64,000 nucleotides of DNA from Candidatus Poribacteria bacterium (lineage in GTDB: Bacteria > Poribacteria > WGA-4E > WGA-3G). This document shows, one piece after another, positions 29,768-40,271 of this stretch. The notes beneath the pieces were generated by a model. It saw only the letters and a list, made by a program, of their open reading frames with translations. It was not told where the DNA came from and did not search any database. The DNA is taken from NCBI GenBank assembly GCA_965242965.1, contig OZ251518.1:3648001-3712000 (forward strand), given 5' to 3'. The first letter of the stretch is position 1. Each line of letters opens with the position of its first letter. A program made the translations under genes and the position numbers.

Positions 29768-31660
29768 CTAATAACGGATAATCGTCGTTGAATCGCCGAC
29801 AGCCCACAGCTGCCCACTCGGCGTTTTCACAATATCGTGCAGGTGGTTCATCGTGGGAGATTCCTGCATCAACCACGTCACGCCGCCATCGGCAGTCTGC
29901 AGAATAGTGCCGGCATCACCGACAGCCCATCCCTCATTTTCGTTGAGGAAAAGGATGGCGTTGAGGTTTGCATCCGTCGGCACCGTTTGCTCTGTCCACT
30001 CCATGCCGCCGTCCGTGGAAGCCATGATGGTGCCTTGTTCACCAACTACCCATACCTTCTGTTTGTTCAGTCCGAAGGCATCTTTTAACGCGGCACCCTG
30101 CAGCATCGGCATCCATGTGAGCCCGCCATCGGTTGTCTTGATAATCGTGCCGGCATCGCCGACTACCCAGCCGACTTTATCGTCAATGAAATGAACACCG
30201 TATAGGTTGTTAAAGCCGGCACCTGTCATGCCCGGGTCGCACTCTTGTCCGAGCCAGGTTTGCCCACCATCGCTGGTATGCATCACTCTGCCAGTTTCGC
30301 CGACTGCCCAGGCGTGCGTTGCGGAACCGAAACTCAGTGCATAAGAGCCCATCGCGCTGCGCCAGCTCATCGGGCCTTCAAACTTAATACGCTGTGCCGT
30401 GCCGTGGCCTTCATCACCCGGGTCGCTGAGGTCTGCCCAGGTAGCACCCCCATCAAGCGTTTCAGCTAGTGCTGCATTGCTCCCGACGATATAGCCTTTC
30501 GTTTCACTCACAAACCCGACACCGAACAATTCAAAGACGTTTCCGCTGTTTTGGGGCATCCACGTCTTGCCGCCATCGTTTGTATGCATTAGCGCGCCCG
30601 CTAAGCCGACTGCCCAACCGAGCCGGTTATCGTAAAAATCGACTGCGCGTAGGTTGCTCAAATTAGAGACAACCTCCCAGGTTTGTCCACCATCCGAACT
30701 GTGCAGGATAGTAGCGGCATCGCCGACTATCCACGCCTCATTCTGGTTCACCATGTGCACGCCTTGGAGTCGCGCGGCGACAGGACGCGGTGCCAAGGGT
30801 GCCCAGGTTGTACCGCCATCGGTTGTGCGTAAGATGACACCGAACTCCGCCGCGGCGATGCCTACATTTTCATCGGCGAAGTGGACATCCCAAATCGGTT
30901 CGGGCATTCCGTTAGAGTGCGGGACACGACTCTCCTGAGCGGCCCACTCTGCGCCGTTCATGGTAGCCACGACGGCACCGCCGGAACCTACTGCCCAGCC
31001 GGTGCTACCGTTCAACATGAAAAGGGCATCGAGTGTTTGCACCGTGGCACTCGTCTGGAACTGCCAATTCTGTCCACCGTCAGTCGTATGGAGAAGAGTG
31101 CCGCCGCCGCCGGCCGCCCAGCCTGTGTTGGCATCAACGAAGGAGATACCTTCCAGGACGTTATTCGTGCCGACCTCCTGCTTTGTCCATGTCGTGCCGC
31201 CATTTGCGGTGCTGATGATGAGCCCACTATCACCACTGGCCCAGCCGTGCTGTTCGTCCACAAAAGAGACGGCTAACAGCGCGGTGTAGGTGTCGGTATT
31301 CTTTTTCATCCACGTCACACCGCCATCGGTTGTCTTGAGCACCGTGCCGTTGTCGCCCACAACCCATCCCAACTTCGGGCTAACAAACCGAACCTTCTTC
31401 AACTCAATATCAAAAGGTAGAGGTTGACTCGGCTGATTCTCCCACGACATGCCGCCATCGGCGGTATGCAGGATGGTAGAATTGCTCCCTACAATCCACC
31501 CATGCTGTTCATCGACAAAAAAGACATCGGAAAAGGTGGCGTTCCACTGCGACTCGCTCATCTTCTCCCACATTTTCTGTGCCTGCGCGAACGGAGCGGC
31601 GCAAAGCATCAGCACCGCCACCGTCACCGTCGCCGTTAACATTTTAATTCTGAATTTCAT
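29768..31660 (-). CDS. Secreted YCF48/BNR (Asp-box) repeat beta-propeller protein
   Basis: Signal peptide; about 14 repeats of GWxVG..G.ILxTxDGGxTW. Confidence 0.88.
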   Translation of the reverse strand: MKFRIKMLTATVTVAVLMLCAAPFAQAQKMWEKMSESQWNATFSDVFFVDEQHGWIVGSNSTILHTADGGMSWENQPSQPLPFDIELKKVRFVSPKLGWVVGDNGTVLKTTDGGVTWMKKNTDTYTALLAVSFVDEQHGWASGDSGLIISTANGGTTWTKQEVGTNNVLEGISFVDANTGWAAGGGGTLLHTTDGGQNWQFQTSATVQTLDALFMLNGSTGWAVGSGGAVVATMNGAEWAAQESRVPHSNGMPEPIWDVHFADENVGIAAAEFGVILRTTDGGTTWAPLAPRPVAARLQGVHMVNQNEAWIVGDAATILHSSDGGQTWEVVSNLSNLRAVDFYDNRLGWAVGLAGALMHTNDGGKTWMPQNSGNVFELFGVGFVSETKGYIVGSNAALAETLDGGATWADLSDPGDEGHGTAQRIKFEGPMSWRSAMGSYALSFGSATHAWAVGETGRVMHTSDGGQTWLGQECDPGMTGAGFNNLYGVHFIDDKVGWVVGDAGTIIKTTDGGLTWMPMLQGAALKDAFGLNKQKVWVVGEQGTIMASTDGGMEWTEQTVPTDANLNAILFLNENEGWAVGDAGTILQTADGGVTWLMQESPTMNHLHDIVKTPSGQLWAVGDSTTIIRY

Positions 31661-31721
31661 CGTTGCCTCCTGAAAAGTTCATTGATGGTGCAAATCCACA
31701 CCAAAGATGCTAGTAAAATAT

Positions 31722-31751
31722 AGTATACACTATTTCCGAGTTCCTTGTCAA
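31722..31751 (-). promoter_or_regulatory. Promoter of the YCF48-TolC-MFP operon
   Basis: TTGACA-18 nt-TATACT with TG extension. Confidence 0.55.
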
Positions 31752-31761
31752 GAGAAATTAT

Positions 31762-32154
31762 TTGAGGGTGTTTCATAAATCGCCCAACGTCGCGGTGACA
31801 GGGCCCCGCTACGGTGAAAAAACGGGGAATTGCCGGTAGGAGAGCCCTCCCGGTCTCGATGTTCCCGTAGCGCGGGGGCCCTCGGAGGTTTCCATCCGCG
31901 CATCCGAGCGGGTTTCCCCCGCGAGCTCCATCGTCAAGATGTTTTCCCCTGTCTGTAGTTTGTGATCGCCTGATCACAAACGGGTCAGGATCTGGCGATC
32001 CTTACCTACAGGCTGAAGAGACGTTTTTTTCCCCGTAGCGCGGGGGCCCTCGCCCTACGATGAAGGGGGGGCTTTCTGCCGCCGCGACCCCGGTAGGCGC
32101 GCCGTCCTATTGCATCGAGACCAGGAGGTCTCTCCTACGGGGATTTATGAAACA
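31762..32154. mobile_element. TIR-bounded REP cluster
   Basis: TTGAGGGTGTTTCATAA at 31762; partial TTATGAAACA at 32145. Confidence 0.65.
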
Positions 32155-32185
32155 AGTCAAATTATTTTCGCCAACATTTTTTCGC

Positions 32186-32214
32186 TTGACATTTCATTGT
32201 GAATCTGATAACAT
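32186..32214 (+). promoter_or_regulatory. Sigma70-type promoter
   Basis: TTGACA-17 nt-TAACAT upstream of the Ogl-like gene. Confidence 0.6.
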
Positions 32215-32261
32215 AGGAAAAATATCATCTTCATTTGCAGTAGGAGCAACACAGCAAAACC

Positions 32262-33389
32262 ATGACGAACTACGCTAAAGCCTCCGTGCATCCATCAGAA
32301 CTTCGCGAATTTGACGATGCCCAAACGGGCGCGCATATCTATCAACTCACAAACGACGCATCCATCAACCACAACCTCTACTTTCTGACTTCCTCGTTCA
32401 CGCCAGACCAGGGTTATCTCGTTTGGACATCCTATCGTTCTGGCAAACCGAACTTTTTTAAAGCGGCGTTTCCGGATGGCGATATCGTCCAACTCACCGA
32501 TGCCGATGACATCCACGGCTACTCCGGCGTGATTGCCAAAGGTGGCACGCAACTCTTCTATACCCAAGCCGACGAGATTAAGGCGATTCATTTGGAGACG
32601 CTGGCAGAACGGACGCTGGAAAAATTTCCCGGCGGCAGCCTCGGCGAGTGCAGTGTCAGTGCTGATGAAAAGTTTATCGTCACAGCGATGAAGCGTGATG
32701 GCAAATCGCACATTACCATCACCGCAACCGATGGCAGCGGCGGCGAGGTTATCTATACGTCGCCGACACAGACGATTATCCACCCGCAGTTCCATCCGAA
32801 ACACGCGGAACTCATCGCCTATTCCGGAGATCCAGCGCCGAGGATGTGGACTATCCACCGCGATGGCACAGAAAATCGGCAGCTCTATGAACACGATAAC
32901 CACGAATTCCTCGTCCACGAAACCTTCCTCGGCGCGCAGGACGAACTGATTGTGACGCATTGGCCCTACGCGCTCCGCAGGTTCTCGTTGGAGACGTTGC
33001 AGATGCAGACAATCGCCGATTTCAACGCGTGGCACATCGCCAGCAACCGTGCCGGCACCAAAGTCTTGTGCGATACCGTGCATCCCGATATCGGTTTGCG
33101 CTTAGTCGATGTGGAAACGGGTGAGCATACGCCAATCTGCTATCCGCAAAGTTCGTCAAGCGGCAGCCAGTGGCAGACCGACCGGTACGCTCTCGCCGAA
33201 GATTGGGCGGCGGCACAACAGCAGGCAGATAGAGAGAAGGCACTTAGCTGGATGGAGATGAAGGTGGACACTGTTTACGGCCCGCAGTGGACGCATCCGC
33301 ATCCCTCCTTCAGTCCTGATGAGAAGGCGGTGGTGTATACGTCAGATATTTCGGGGCATTCCCAGGTCTACGTTGCGGAGATTCCGTGA
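32262..33389 (+). CDS. Oligogalacturonate lyase-family beta-propeller protein
   Basis: DAQTGAHIYQLT..HNLYF, HPQFHP, VHETF, HPHPSFSPD..VVYTSD..GHSQVY. Confidence 0.8.
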   Translation: MTNYAKASVHPSELREFDDAQTGAHIYQLTNDASINHNLYFLTSSFTPDQGYLVWTSYRSGKPNFFKAAFPDGDIVQLTDADDIHGYSGVIAKGGTQLFYTQADEIKAIHLETLAERTLEKFPGGSLGECSVSADEKFIVTAMKRDGKSHITITATDGSGGEVIYTSPTQTIIHPQFHPKHAELIAYSGDPAPRMWTIHRDGTENRQLYEHDNHEFLVHETFLGAQDELIVTHWPYALRRFSLETLQMQTIADFNAWHIASNRAGTKVLCDTVHPDIGLRLVDVETGEHTPICYPQSSSSGSQWQTDRYALAEDWAAAQQQADREKALSWMEMKVDTVYGPQWTHPHPSFSPDEKAVVYTSDISGHSQVYVAEIP

Positions 33390-33419
33390 ACAGCCTGTTG
33401 GCCCGAACAGACACTTGAA

Positions 33420-34105
33420 CGAACGCGAGGGACAGGCCCTCGCGCTACGGTGAACAGGCGGTTTTTGTCTCGACCGGGGGCTCGCGAGGGACAGGCCCTC
33501 GCGCTACGGTGAAGGGGCGGCGTTGTTACCGTAGGGCGGGGGCCTGTCCCCCGCCATGCCACGCACGACGATGCAGCAGACTCTTATCCTGAAAATCTGG
33601 AAAATCGTGTAAATCCTGCTTCAGACTTGAACGCTCGCGAGGGACAGGCCCTCGCGCTACGGTGGAAGAGGTGGTTTGCGGTGAGACCGGGAGATCGCGA
33701 GGGACAGGCCCTCGCGCTACGGTGAAGTGGCGGTTTTGTTACCGTAGGGCGGGGGCCTGTCCCCCGCCAGGCCGCGCACGACGATGCAGCCGACTCTTAT
33801 CCTGAAAATCTTGATAATCGTGTAAATCCTGCTTCAGATTTGAACGATCACGAGGGACAGGCCCTCGCGCTACGGTGAAAAGGCGGTTTTTGTCTTGACC
33901 GGAGAATCGCGAGGGACAGGCCCTCGCGCTACGGTGAAAAGACAGTTTTCGTTATTCCCTTCTGTAGTTTGCGATCGCCTAATCGCAAACAGGTCAGGAT
34001 CAGGCGATCCTGACCTACAGAGGAGGAGCCCCTACGCGGGGGACAGGCCCCCGCGCTACGGGGCCTAAAACGATCGCGGGGGACAGGCCCCCGCGCTACG
34101 GGGCC
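33420..34105. repeat. REP cluster including TATCCTGAAAATC..AAATCCTGCTTCAGA modules
   Basis: Repeated CGCGAGGGACAGGCCCTCGCGCTACGG; two copies of the AT-rich module (about 33585 and 33797). Confidence 0.85.
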
Positions 34106-34113
34106 TTAACAGT

Positions 34114-37100
34114 CTATTCCCGCTGTTTCACCTCACCGAACGTGGTCAGCATCCGATTTGACGCAGACACGGAACCGCGCAACAGACGCGTCGCTAACGT
34201 CGCCGGCTTACCATCAGACGCGACTTCTTCGATCTGATAGTAATACTCAACCCCAGGCTTCGCAGACGTATCCGTGAACGTGTAGGTTTGACGTTCACCG
34301 GTAGTGCCGGCACCGGCGATGAGCGCAGGATTCAAAAGCGTGAAACCGCTATCGCGTTTCAAACTGCGGCGCAGGTTGAAACCCGCGTTATCGACTTCCG
34401 ATTCGGTTGTCCATGTCAAGACGACAGCACCGGTTTCACTGCGCGTCATCGAGAAACTCGATAACTCCACCGGCAACGCGCCGCCGCGACGATGCCCCGG
34501 TGTGCCGATGTCATCCGCATCACCCCAGTGGAGCGCATCACTGCTAGAAGCGACTTTCTTGACACGCGCCGCCAAGACCCAACTCGACCTCTTTTGCCCC
34601 GGTTCCGCCGCCGAGGTGCCCTCGGTGTAACGCCGAATGACAGAACTCCGCGAACCTTCCTCGCTACTCAACGGTAATGCCCAGGCCGGTGCATCGTCCG
34701 AATGCCTGTTGCTGTCCCTATTCCCGACTTCGTCGACGAGATGCCCATTTCTATCGGTGAGTTTCAGGTAGAACCCCTCCATACTCAAGAAGGTATCCTG
34801 CGCACGCTTGATACGCAGATTCTTCTCGTGTAATGCAAGCAGGTCGTAAACTCTGTCAGTCGGCAGATACGAGTCTGACGACGCACGCGCCGGGCCCGCG
34901 ACAATTAAGAGCGTCTGATTCGGTTGAATTATTTTTTCCTTCAACGTCAACGTCACAACCGGTCTGCCGACTAAGTCCTCAGAATCGACATTCTGGATTT
35001 CCAGTTTCCAGCGGTTCAGGTTGAGTGCTTCCGTTTTCGAGGCATTATACAGCTCAATCCACTGCGGCAGTTTACCGTCCGCTGAATCCACCATGAGTTC
35101 ACTGAAGGTGACACTGCCCTTCGGCGTGGCAGCCACCGGTTTCACGGCATCGTTAGGATAACCGGGTGTGCCGGCTGTCGCCGGTGAGGTTTCTGTTACC
35201 CTATCATAGCCGACCCCGGTGTAGGCGGCCTGCATCCAGGCATCTTTGTGGTAGCCGACGCTGTCCGCCTTCGCGCGCCGCCATACCTTGCCTCCTGTAA
35301 AAGCCGCCTCGGTGTCCTCACGGGGATGTGCTGTCGCTTTCAAGGGCCAGATATCTGTCTGGAACGCGTCTCCTTTGTCTGCGATAAAGGCATCCGTATC
35401 GGGTCCGCCGCCGCCAGCGACATCAATCACGTTCTCCCCTTTGCCCAGTTTCCCCGTCGCATTGCGGAGAATCAAGAGGAACTGGCCATCATCGGGCAGC
35501 GTCAAATCAGGCGCGACGAAATAGTGATGCACTGCACCTGTCTTGCCGGGGTTCGCGATGTCAATCCCCCCTGCAAGCCGTGTTTTCTCCGGCGGCCGCC
35601 GCGTGATGAGCAAAATGCCATTCGGCGGGATGCGAAACGCCGCATCCGATGGAAATCTCACGAGTGGTTTGTCTACTTTCTCTCCATCGGTGACGATGCT
35701 GATGCCCCAGTTTTTCAACGGCACCGCCTCCGCCGTGACGTTCCGGAGTTCCAGCCAATCGTTGGCACCCGAAGCACCGTTGCCGAGTTCGTTGAAAATC
35801 AACGGCGTGCGCGGCATCTGTGTCGATTTCACGGGTTCCACTGTCTCTGGCGGCAGAAATACCACAGGCGCGCCCAGCACAGGCACCTCCTGTGTCAACG
35901 GCGCAACCGGCTCCTGCGGCTGACCGGGCGCGGGCTGCGTCGTTTCCCCCGGAAACGCCACGATGCCGCTAGGACCTCTGTCAGGCAGGGCATCGGTACC
36001 AGCAGGTTCGCCTGTCACTATCGCACTCACGCCATTCGTGATGGGGGCAGTCTCCGGCACGACGAGACGCGGCTCCCAATGGACCACGTTCGCAACGTCA
36101 TCCGACTGCACTTCATAGGCAAACGTGACAACGGTGGAATTCGCATCCCGCGCCGACTGCCAATAGGCGCGCCGCTGATTCGCCACCGTGCGCTCGCCTA
36201 AATAGAGCACGATATACGGCCGATTTGTAATATCCACATTCGCAGGGATATCTACATTGTCATCGTCAAATGTCAACTCAAGGGAGAGTTCACTACCGAC
36301 GATATATCCTGTCGCCGGGGGCGGCACCACGGTGACATTGGTTATTACCGGCGGCGTATTGTAAATCACCACCAACGGCGAGGCAGCACCGCCATAGGTA
36401 TCGCCTGCTGCAGTGGCAACACTGCCACTTTTCACCTGGAACGTGTAAGTGCCTTCCGCTGACACGGTGACAGGCACCGTATAACGCGCATCCGCCGATT
36501 CAGCACGCGTCAATTCACCGAACGTCGCTGTCCCCGCGCCACTGACGTTGATGTCTGAGACGCTAAACGCCCCATCTCCAACGGCGGCAAGGGGCTTCGA
36601 GAAATCGAACGTCACTGTCCAACTCGGTTCACTTGTCACGCGTCTTCCTTCTGTCAACGCAACCGAACTCTCAAGCACCAGCTCGACAGACATATCGTCG
36701 ACAGCGGTAACGGTAATCGCGAGACGCTGCGTCTTGATTAAGCGCCGGTCACCTGTCCCACTCGTCGCCGTAATGAAGACAATATAGGTGTTGTTGCCCG
36801 CCGCATCCGCCGCATCTTCCGGATCAGACGACATGTGCGCAACATCTGTCGGATTGCCATAATCTGGCGATACGCGAAACCGCAAGACACCGCTGCTCGC
36901 ATCAAACGTGAAGGCACCGCTATCTGTCCCGCTCAGCGTATACCCCATAATCTCATCGGCGGGATCGCCGTCCATCGCAACGACAGTGACGACAGGCGTG
37001 TCCGCCGGGGTATTCTCTGCCACAGTGACAGCAGCACTACTGCTGAAAACCGGCGGGTCGTTATCCTGCGGCACCGCCGTAACGGCATCCGACCAGGGCC

Positions 37101-40100
37101 CCGACCCCTCTGCATTCGTCGCGCGCACCTGAATCTCATGAAGCACATGCTGTGTCAACCCGGTAAGCACCGTGGCAGTGCCGGTGCCAGTGAAACCTGC
37201 ATCCGTGAATGCACCACTGCGCCCTTGCCGATACCGCACATCGTAACCCGTAATCGCCAACCCCGTGTCCGCCGGTGCTGTCCACTGAATGCTCACCGAA
37301 GTCAGCGTCATCTCCGTCAGGCCCGGGGCAGCCAGCTTCGGAGGGATCTCCACATTCGTCACAGTCACAACGAGCGTTTTCTGCGTCGTGAGTCGACGGC
37401 CGGGAGCACCACTCTGCGCTTGAACCACCACGACATACTCATTATTTCCCGCCGCATTCGCGGGTGCGGTGCTCAAAACGTCTTGCGCATTTTCAAAATC
37501 CGGTGCCGTTGTGAACGTCAACTCACCTGTCGTCTCATTAATCGAAAACTGCGCGCTATCCGCACCGCTAATCGCATAACTCACCGTATCGGTAACCACC
37601 GTATCCGCATCCGTCGCCGAGGCGGTTGTCACCGCGGTGCTATTTTCCGCAACATCGAATTCCGTCGTGGTATCGTCGAAAACCGGTGCAACGTTCGCCG
37701 CCGTGGTCCTACTGCCAGAATTAGACCAGAGTCCGGTGCCCTCTGCATTCGTCGCGCGCACCTGCACCTGATACGCTGTCCCCGGCGTTAAACTTGACAA
37801 CGTCGTGGAAGTGCCAGTGCCAGTGAAACCTGCATCTTGCCACATGCCGGCAGGCGGACCCGTCGTCCGATACTGCACATCGTAATCCGTAATCGCCGGC
37901 TTGCCGGTGTTCGTCGGCGCACTCCACGTCACGCTCAACTGCGTCGGCGTGGCATCCGCCGCTGTCACCGTCGGTGCAGCAGGTTTCAAGGGCGGCTCGT
38001 TCACATCCGTAACGGTGACGGTGAGCGTCTTACTCTCCGACAGCGCACGAGCACCTGTCCCACTCGATGCCGTGACTATCACGATATACTCATTATTTCC
38101 CGCCGCATTTGACGGATTGGCACTCACGACATCTTGCGCATCTTCAAAATCCGGTGCCGATGTGAATGTCACCGCGCCGCTAGACGCATTGATGGAGAAC
38201 TTCGCGCTATCCGCGCCACCACTAATCGCATAACTCACCACATCGGTAACCACCGTATCCGCATCCGTCGCCGAGGCGGTTGTCACCGTGGTGCTATTCT
38301 CCGCAACATTGAATGCCGTTGTGGCAACGTCAAAAGCCGGTGGAGCATTCGCCGCCGTGGTCGCATCGCCAGAATTAGACCAGGCCCCTGTCCCCTCTGC
38401 ATTCGTCGCGCGCACCTGCACCTGATACGCTGTATTCGGCGTTAACCCGGTTATCGTTGCTGTTCTGGTGGTACCGGTGTGTGCATGACTCGTGAACCCC
38501 CCAGAAGTCCCCGCGCGATACTGCACATCGTAATCCGATATTGCCGGCTTGCCGGTGTTCGTCGGCGCACTCCACGTCACGCTCAACTCTGTCGGCGTAG
38601 CTGGTGCCGCTGTCACCATCGGTGCATCAGGTTTTGAGGGCGGCTCGTTCACATCCGTAACGGTGACAGTGAGCGTCTTGTTCACCGACAGCGCACGGGC
38701 ATTTGCCCCACTCGATGCCGTGACTGTCACCACATACACGTTATTCCCCGCCGCATTTGACGGATTGGCACTCACGACATCTTGCGCATCTTCAAAATCC
38801 GGTGCCGAAGTGAATGTCACCGCGCCGCTAGACGCATTGATGGAGAACTTCGCGCTATCCGCGCCACCACTAATCGCATAACTCACCACATCGGTAACCA
38901 CCGTATCCGCATCCGTCGCCGAGGCGGTTGTCACCGTGGTGCTATTTTCCGCAACATTGAATGCCGTTGTGGCAACGTCAAAAGCCGGTGGAGCATTCGC
39001 CGCCGTGGTCGCATCGCGAGAATTAGACCAGAGTCCGGTGCCCTCGTCATTCTTCGCACGCACCTGCACCTGATACGCTGTCCCTGCCGTTAACCCTGTC
39101 AACGTCGTGGAAGTGCCAGTGCCATTGAAACCTGCATCTTGCCACATGCCGGCAGGCGGACCCGTTGTGCGATACTGCACATCGTAATCCGTAATCGCCG
39201 GACCCGTGTTCGCAGGTGCACTCCAAGTCACGCTTAATTGCGTCGGCGTTGCATTCGCCGCTGTCACCATCGGTGCAGTCGGCGCAGACGGTGCCTCAGT
39301 TGTCACATCCGTGACGGTGATAGTGAACGTCTGCGTGGCAGTTTGCGTCGGCAGCGTATAAGGCGTATTGTCAGTATCACTAGTCTGGTAGTTGGTAGAG
39401 CTGGGGTTAGTGCTGGAGGCAGTGACGATAACGATATATTCGTTGTTCCCCGCCGCACTGATCGGATTTTCAAAGTTTGGCACGGCGACAAATCGCAATC
39501 TGTCGTTCCCGGTCCCCGCAATCGTAAACCGCGCGCCATCTGCGCCCCCGCCGGTCGCCGTAATGGCATAAGTCACCGTATGATCCGTATTGCCATCGGT
39601 GGCTGCCAAGGTAGCGATGTCCGTAGACGTAGTTGTCCCTTCCGCTATGGAAAGCGTTTGGGTGGCTGCAGAAAACGTCGGTGCCAGGTCATGATAGACT
39701 AGAAGTACCTTTGTGGTGGGTGCGGCGAGAGTATCACCACTATTATCGGCTGCTTCAATTGTTGGACTAGAACCGAGGAACGCGTTAATCTGAAAGGCAG
39801 CTGTGCTTGTTGGAGTAATCGTCGTTTTCCAGACTTTTTGATTGGTGGAATCTTCCTGCGGCGTGGTGAAGGTTCCTCCAACAAAAGAAAAGTGGTTGTT
39901 CCCAAGCCCAGTGATTCTCTCTGAAAAGGTTATTTCAAGCGTAAAGGAACCGGTTACCCGACGCGCGAGGCGGATACTTTGGCCGACACGGTATCCAAAC
40001 GCATCACCAACCTTGGCTCCGGATGCCGATAACGTATAGGTGATGTCGGCGGCGGCGTGCGCGGTGGACGGTGCCAGCCAGGGTAGCATGCCGATGCACA

Positions 40101-40122
40101 GCAGGAGCAGACAGCCTAACAA
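34114..40122 (-). CDS. Giant secreted adhesin-like protein: cadherin-like and fibronectin III repeats, lamin-tail-like domains, LPVELSSF-type C-terminal domain
   Basis: Signal peptide; APDFE..GNNxY cadherin-like units alternating with WSAP..ITDYDVQYR..YQVQVRATN FN3 units; IFNE..WLELRN and TFSE..WIELYN; likely true start out of frame at 40202 (see findings). Confidence 0.88.
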   Translation of the reverse strand: MLGCLLLLCIGMLPWLAPSTAHAAADITYTLSASGAKVGDAFGYRVGQSIRLARRVTGSFTLEITFSERITGLGNNHFSFVGGTFTTPQEDSTNQKVWKTTITPTSTAAFQINAFLGSSPTIEAADNSGDTLAAPTTKVLLVYHDLAPTFSAATQTLSIAEGTTTSTDIATLAATDGNTDHTVTYAITATGGGADGARFTIAGTGNDRLRFVAVPNFENPISAAGNNEYIVIVTASSTNPSSTNYQTSDTDNTPYTLPTQTATQTFTITVTDVTTEAPSAPTAPMVTAANATPTQLSVTWSAPANTGPAITDYDVQYRTTGPPAGMWQDAGFNGTGTSTTLTGLTAGTAYQVQVRAKNDEGTGLWSNSRDATTAANAPPAFDVATTAFNVAENSTTVTTASATDADTVVTDVVSYAISGGADSAKFSINASSGAVTFTSAPDFEDAQDVVSANPSNAAGNNVYVVTVTASSGANARALSVNKTLTVTVTDVNEPPSKPDAPMVTAAPATPTELSVTWSAPTNTGKPAISDYDVQYRAGTSGGFTSHAHTGTTRTATITGLTPNTAYQVQVRATNAEGTGAWSNSGDATTAANAPPAFDVATTAFNVAENSTTVTTASATDADTVVTDVVSYAISGGADSAKFSINASSGAVTFTSAPDFEDAQDVVSANPSNAAGNNEYIVIVTASSGTGARALSESKTLTVTVTDVNEPPLKPAAPTVTAADATPTQLSVTWSAPTNTGKPAITDYDVQYRTTGPPAGMWQDAGFTGTGTSTTLSSLTPGTAYQVQVRATNAEGTGLWSNSGSRTTAANVAPVFDDTTTEFDVAENSTAVTTASATDADTVVTDTVSYAISGADSAQFSINETTGELTFTTAPDFENAQDVLSTAPANAAGNNEYVVVVQAQSGAPGRRLTTQKTLVVTVTNVEIPPKLAAPGLTEMTLTSVSIQWTAPADTGLAITGYDVRYRQGRSGAFTDAGFTGTGTATVLTGLTQHVLHEIQVRATNAEGSGPWSDAVTAVPQDNDPPVFSSSAAVTVAENTPADTPVVTVVAMDGDPADEIMGYTLSGTDSGAFTFDASSGVLRFRVSPDYGNPTDVAHMSSDPEDAADAAGNNTYIVFITATSGTGDRRLIKTQRLAITVTAVDDMSVELVLESSVALTEGRRVTSEPSWTVTFDFSKPLAAVGDGAFSVSDINVSGAGTATFGELTRAESADARYTVPVTVSAEGTYTFQVKSGSVATAAGDTYGGAASPLVVIYNTPPVITNVTVVPPPATGYIVGSELSLELTFDDDNVDIPANVDITNRPYIVLYLGERTVANQRRAYWQSARDANSTVVTFAYEVQSDDVANVVHWEPRLVVPETAPITNGVSAIVTGEPAGTDALPDRGPSGIVAFPGETTQPAPGQPQEPVAPLTQEVPVLGAPVVFLPPETVEPVKSTQMPRTPLIFNELGNGASGANDWLELRNVTAEAVPLKNWGISIVTDGEKVDKPLVRFPSDAAFRIPPNGILLITRRPPEKTRLAGGIDIANPGKTGAVHHYFVAPDLTLPDDGQFLLILRNATGKLGKGENVIDVAGGGGPDTDAFIADKGDAFQTDIWPLKATAHPREDTEAAFTGGKVWRRAKADSVGYHKDAWMQAAYTGVGYDRVTETSPATAGTPGYPNDAVKPVAATPKGSVTFSELMVDSADGKLPQWIELYNASKTEALNLNRWKLEIQNVDSEDLVGRPVVTLTLKEKIIQPNQTLLIVAGPARASSDSYLPTDRVYDLLALHEKNLRIKRAQDTFLSMEGFYLKLTDRNGHLVDEVGNRDSNRHSDDAPAWALPLSSEEGSRSSVIRRYTEGTSAAEPGQKRSSWVLAARVKKVASSSDALHWGDADDIGTPGHRRGGALPVELSSFSMTRSETGAVVLTWTTESEVDNAGFNLRRSLKRDSGFTLLNPALIAGAGTTGERQTYTFTDTSAKPGVEYYYQIEEVASDGKPATLATRLLRGSVSASNRMLTTFGEVKQRE

Positions 40123-40271
40123 CTGCTTCGGAGTTGCTAAAGGGTATACTTCACGTATGTCGTGAAGGGGGGGGGTCTTTTGTGATATTCGGTAACATTC
40201 ATTGTTTCTCCTTTATCTATATTTTGGCTATTGGGTAGGTGGTTTCTCCTACCGTAGCGGCGTTGATAGAT

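Noticed and set aside
29768-31660. Photosystem II assembly factor implying phototrophy
   Set aside because: YCF48-like propellers are widespread in non-phototrophs and no photosynthesis genes are present
37400-39300. Diversity-generating retroelement template/variable repeat pair
   Set aside because: Both copies are coding domains, no adenine-specific mismatch pattern was apparent, and no reverse transcriptase is present
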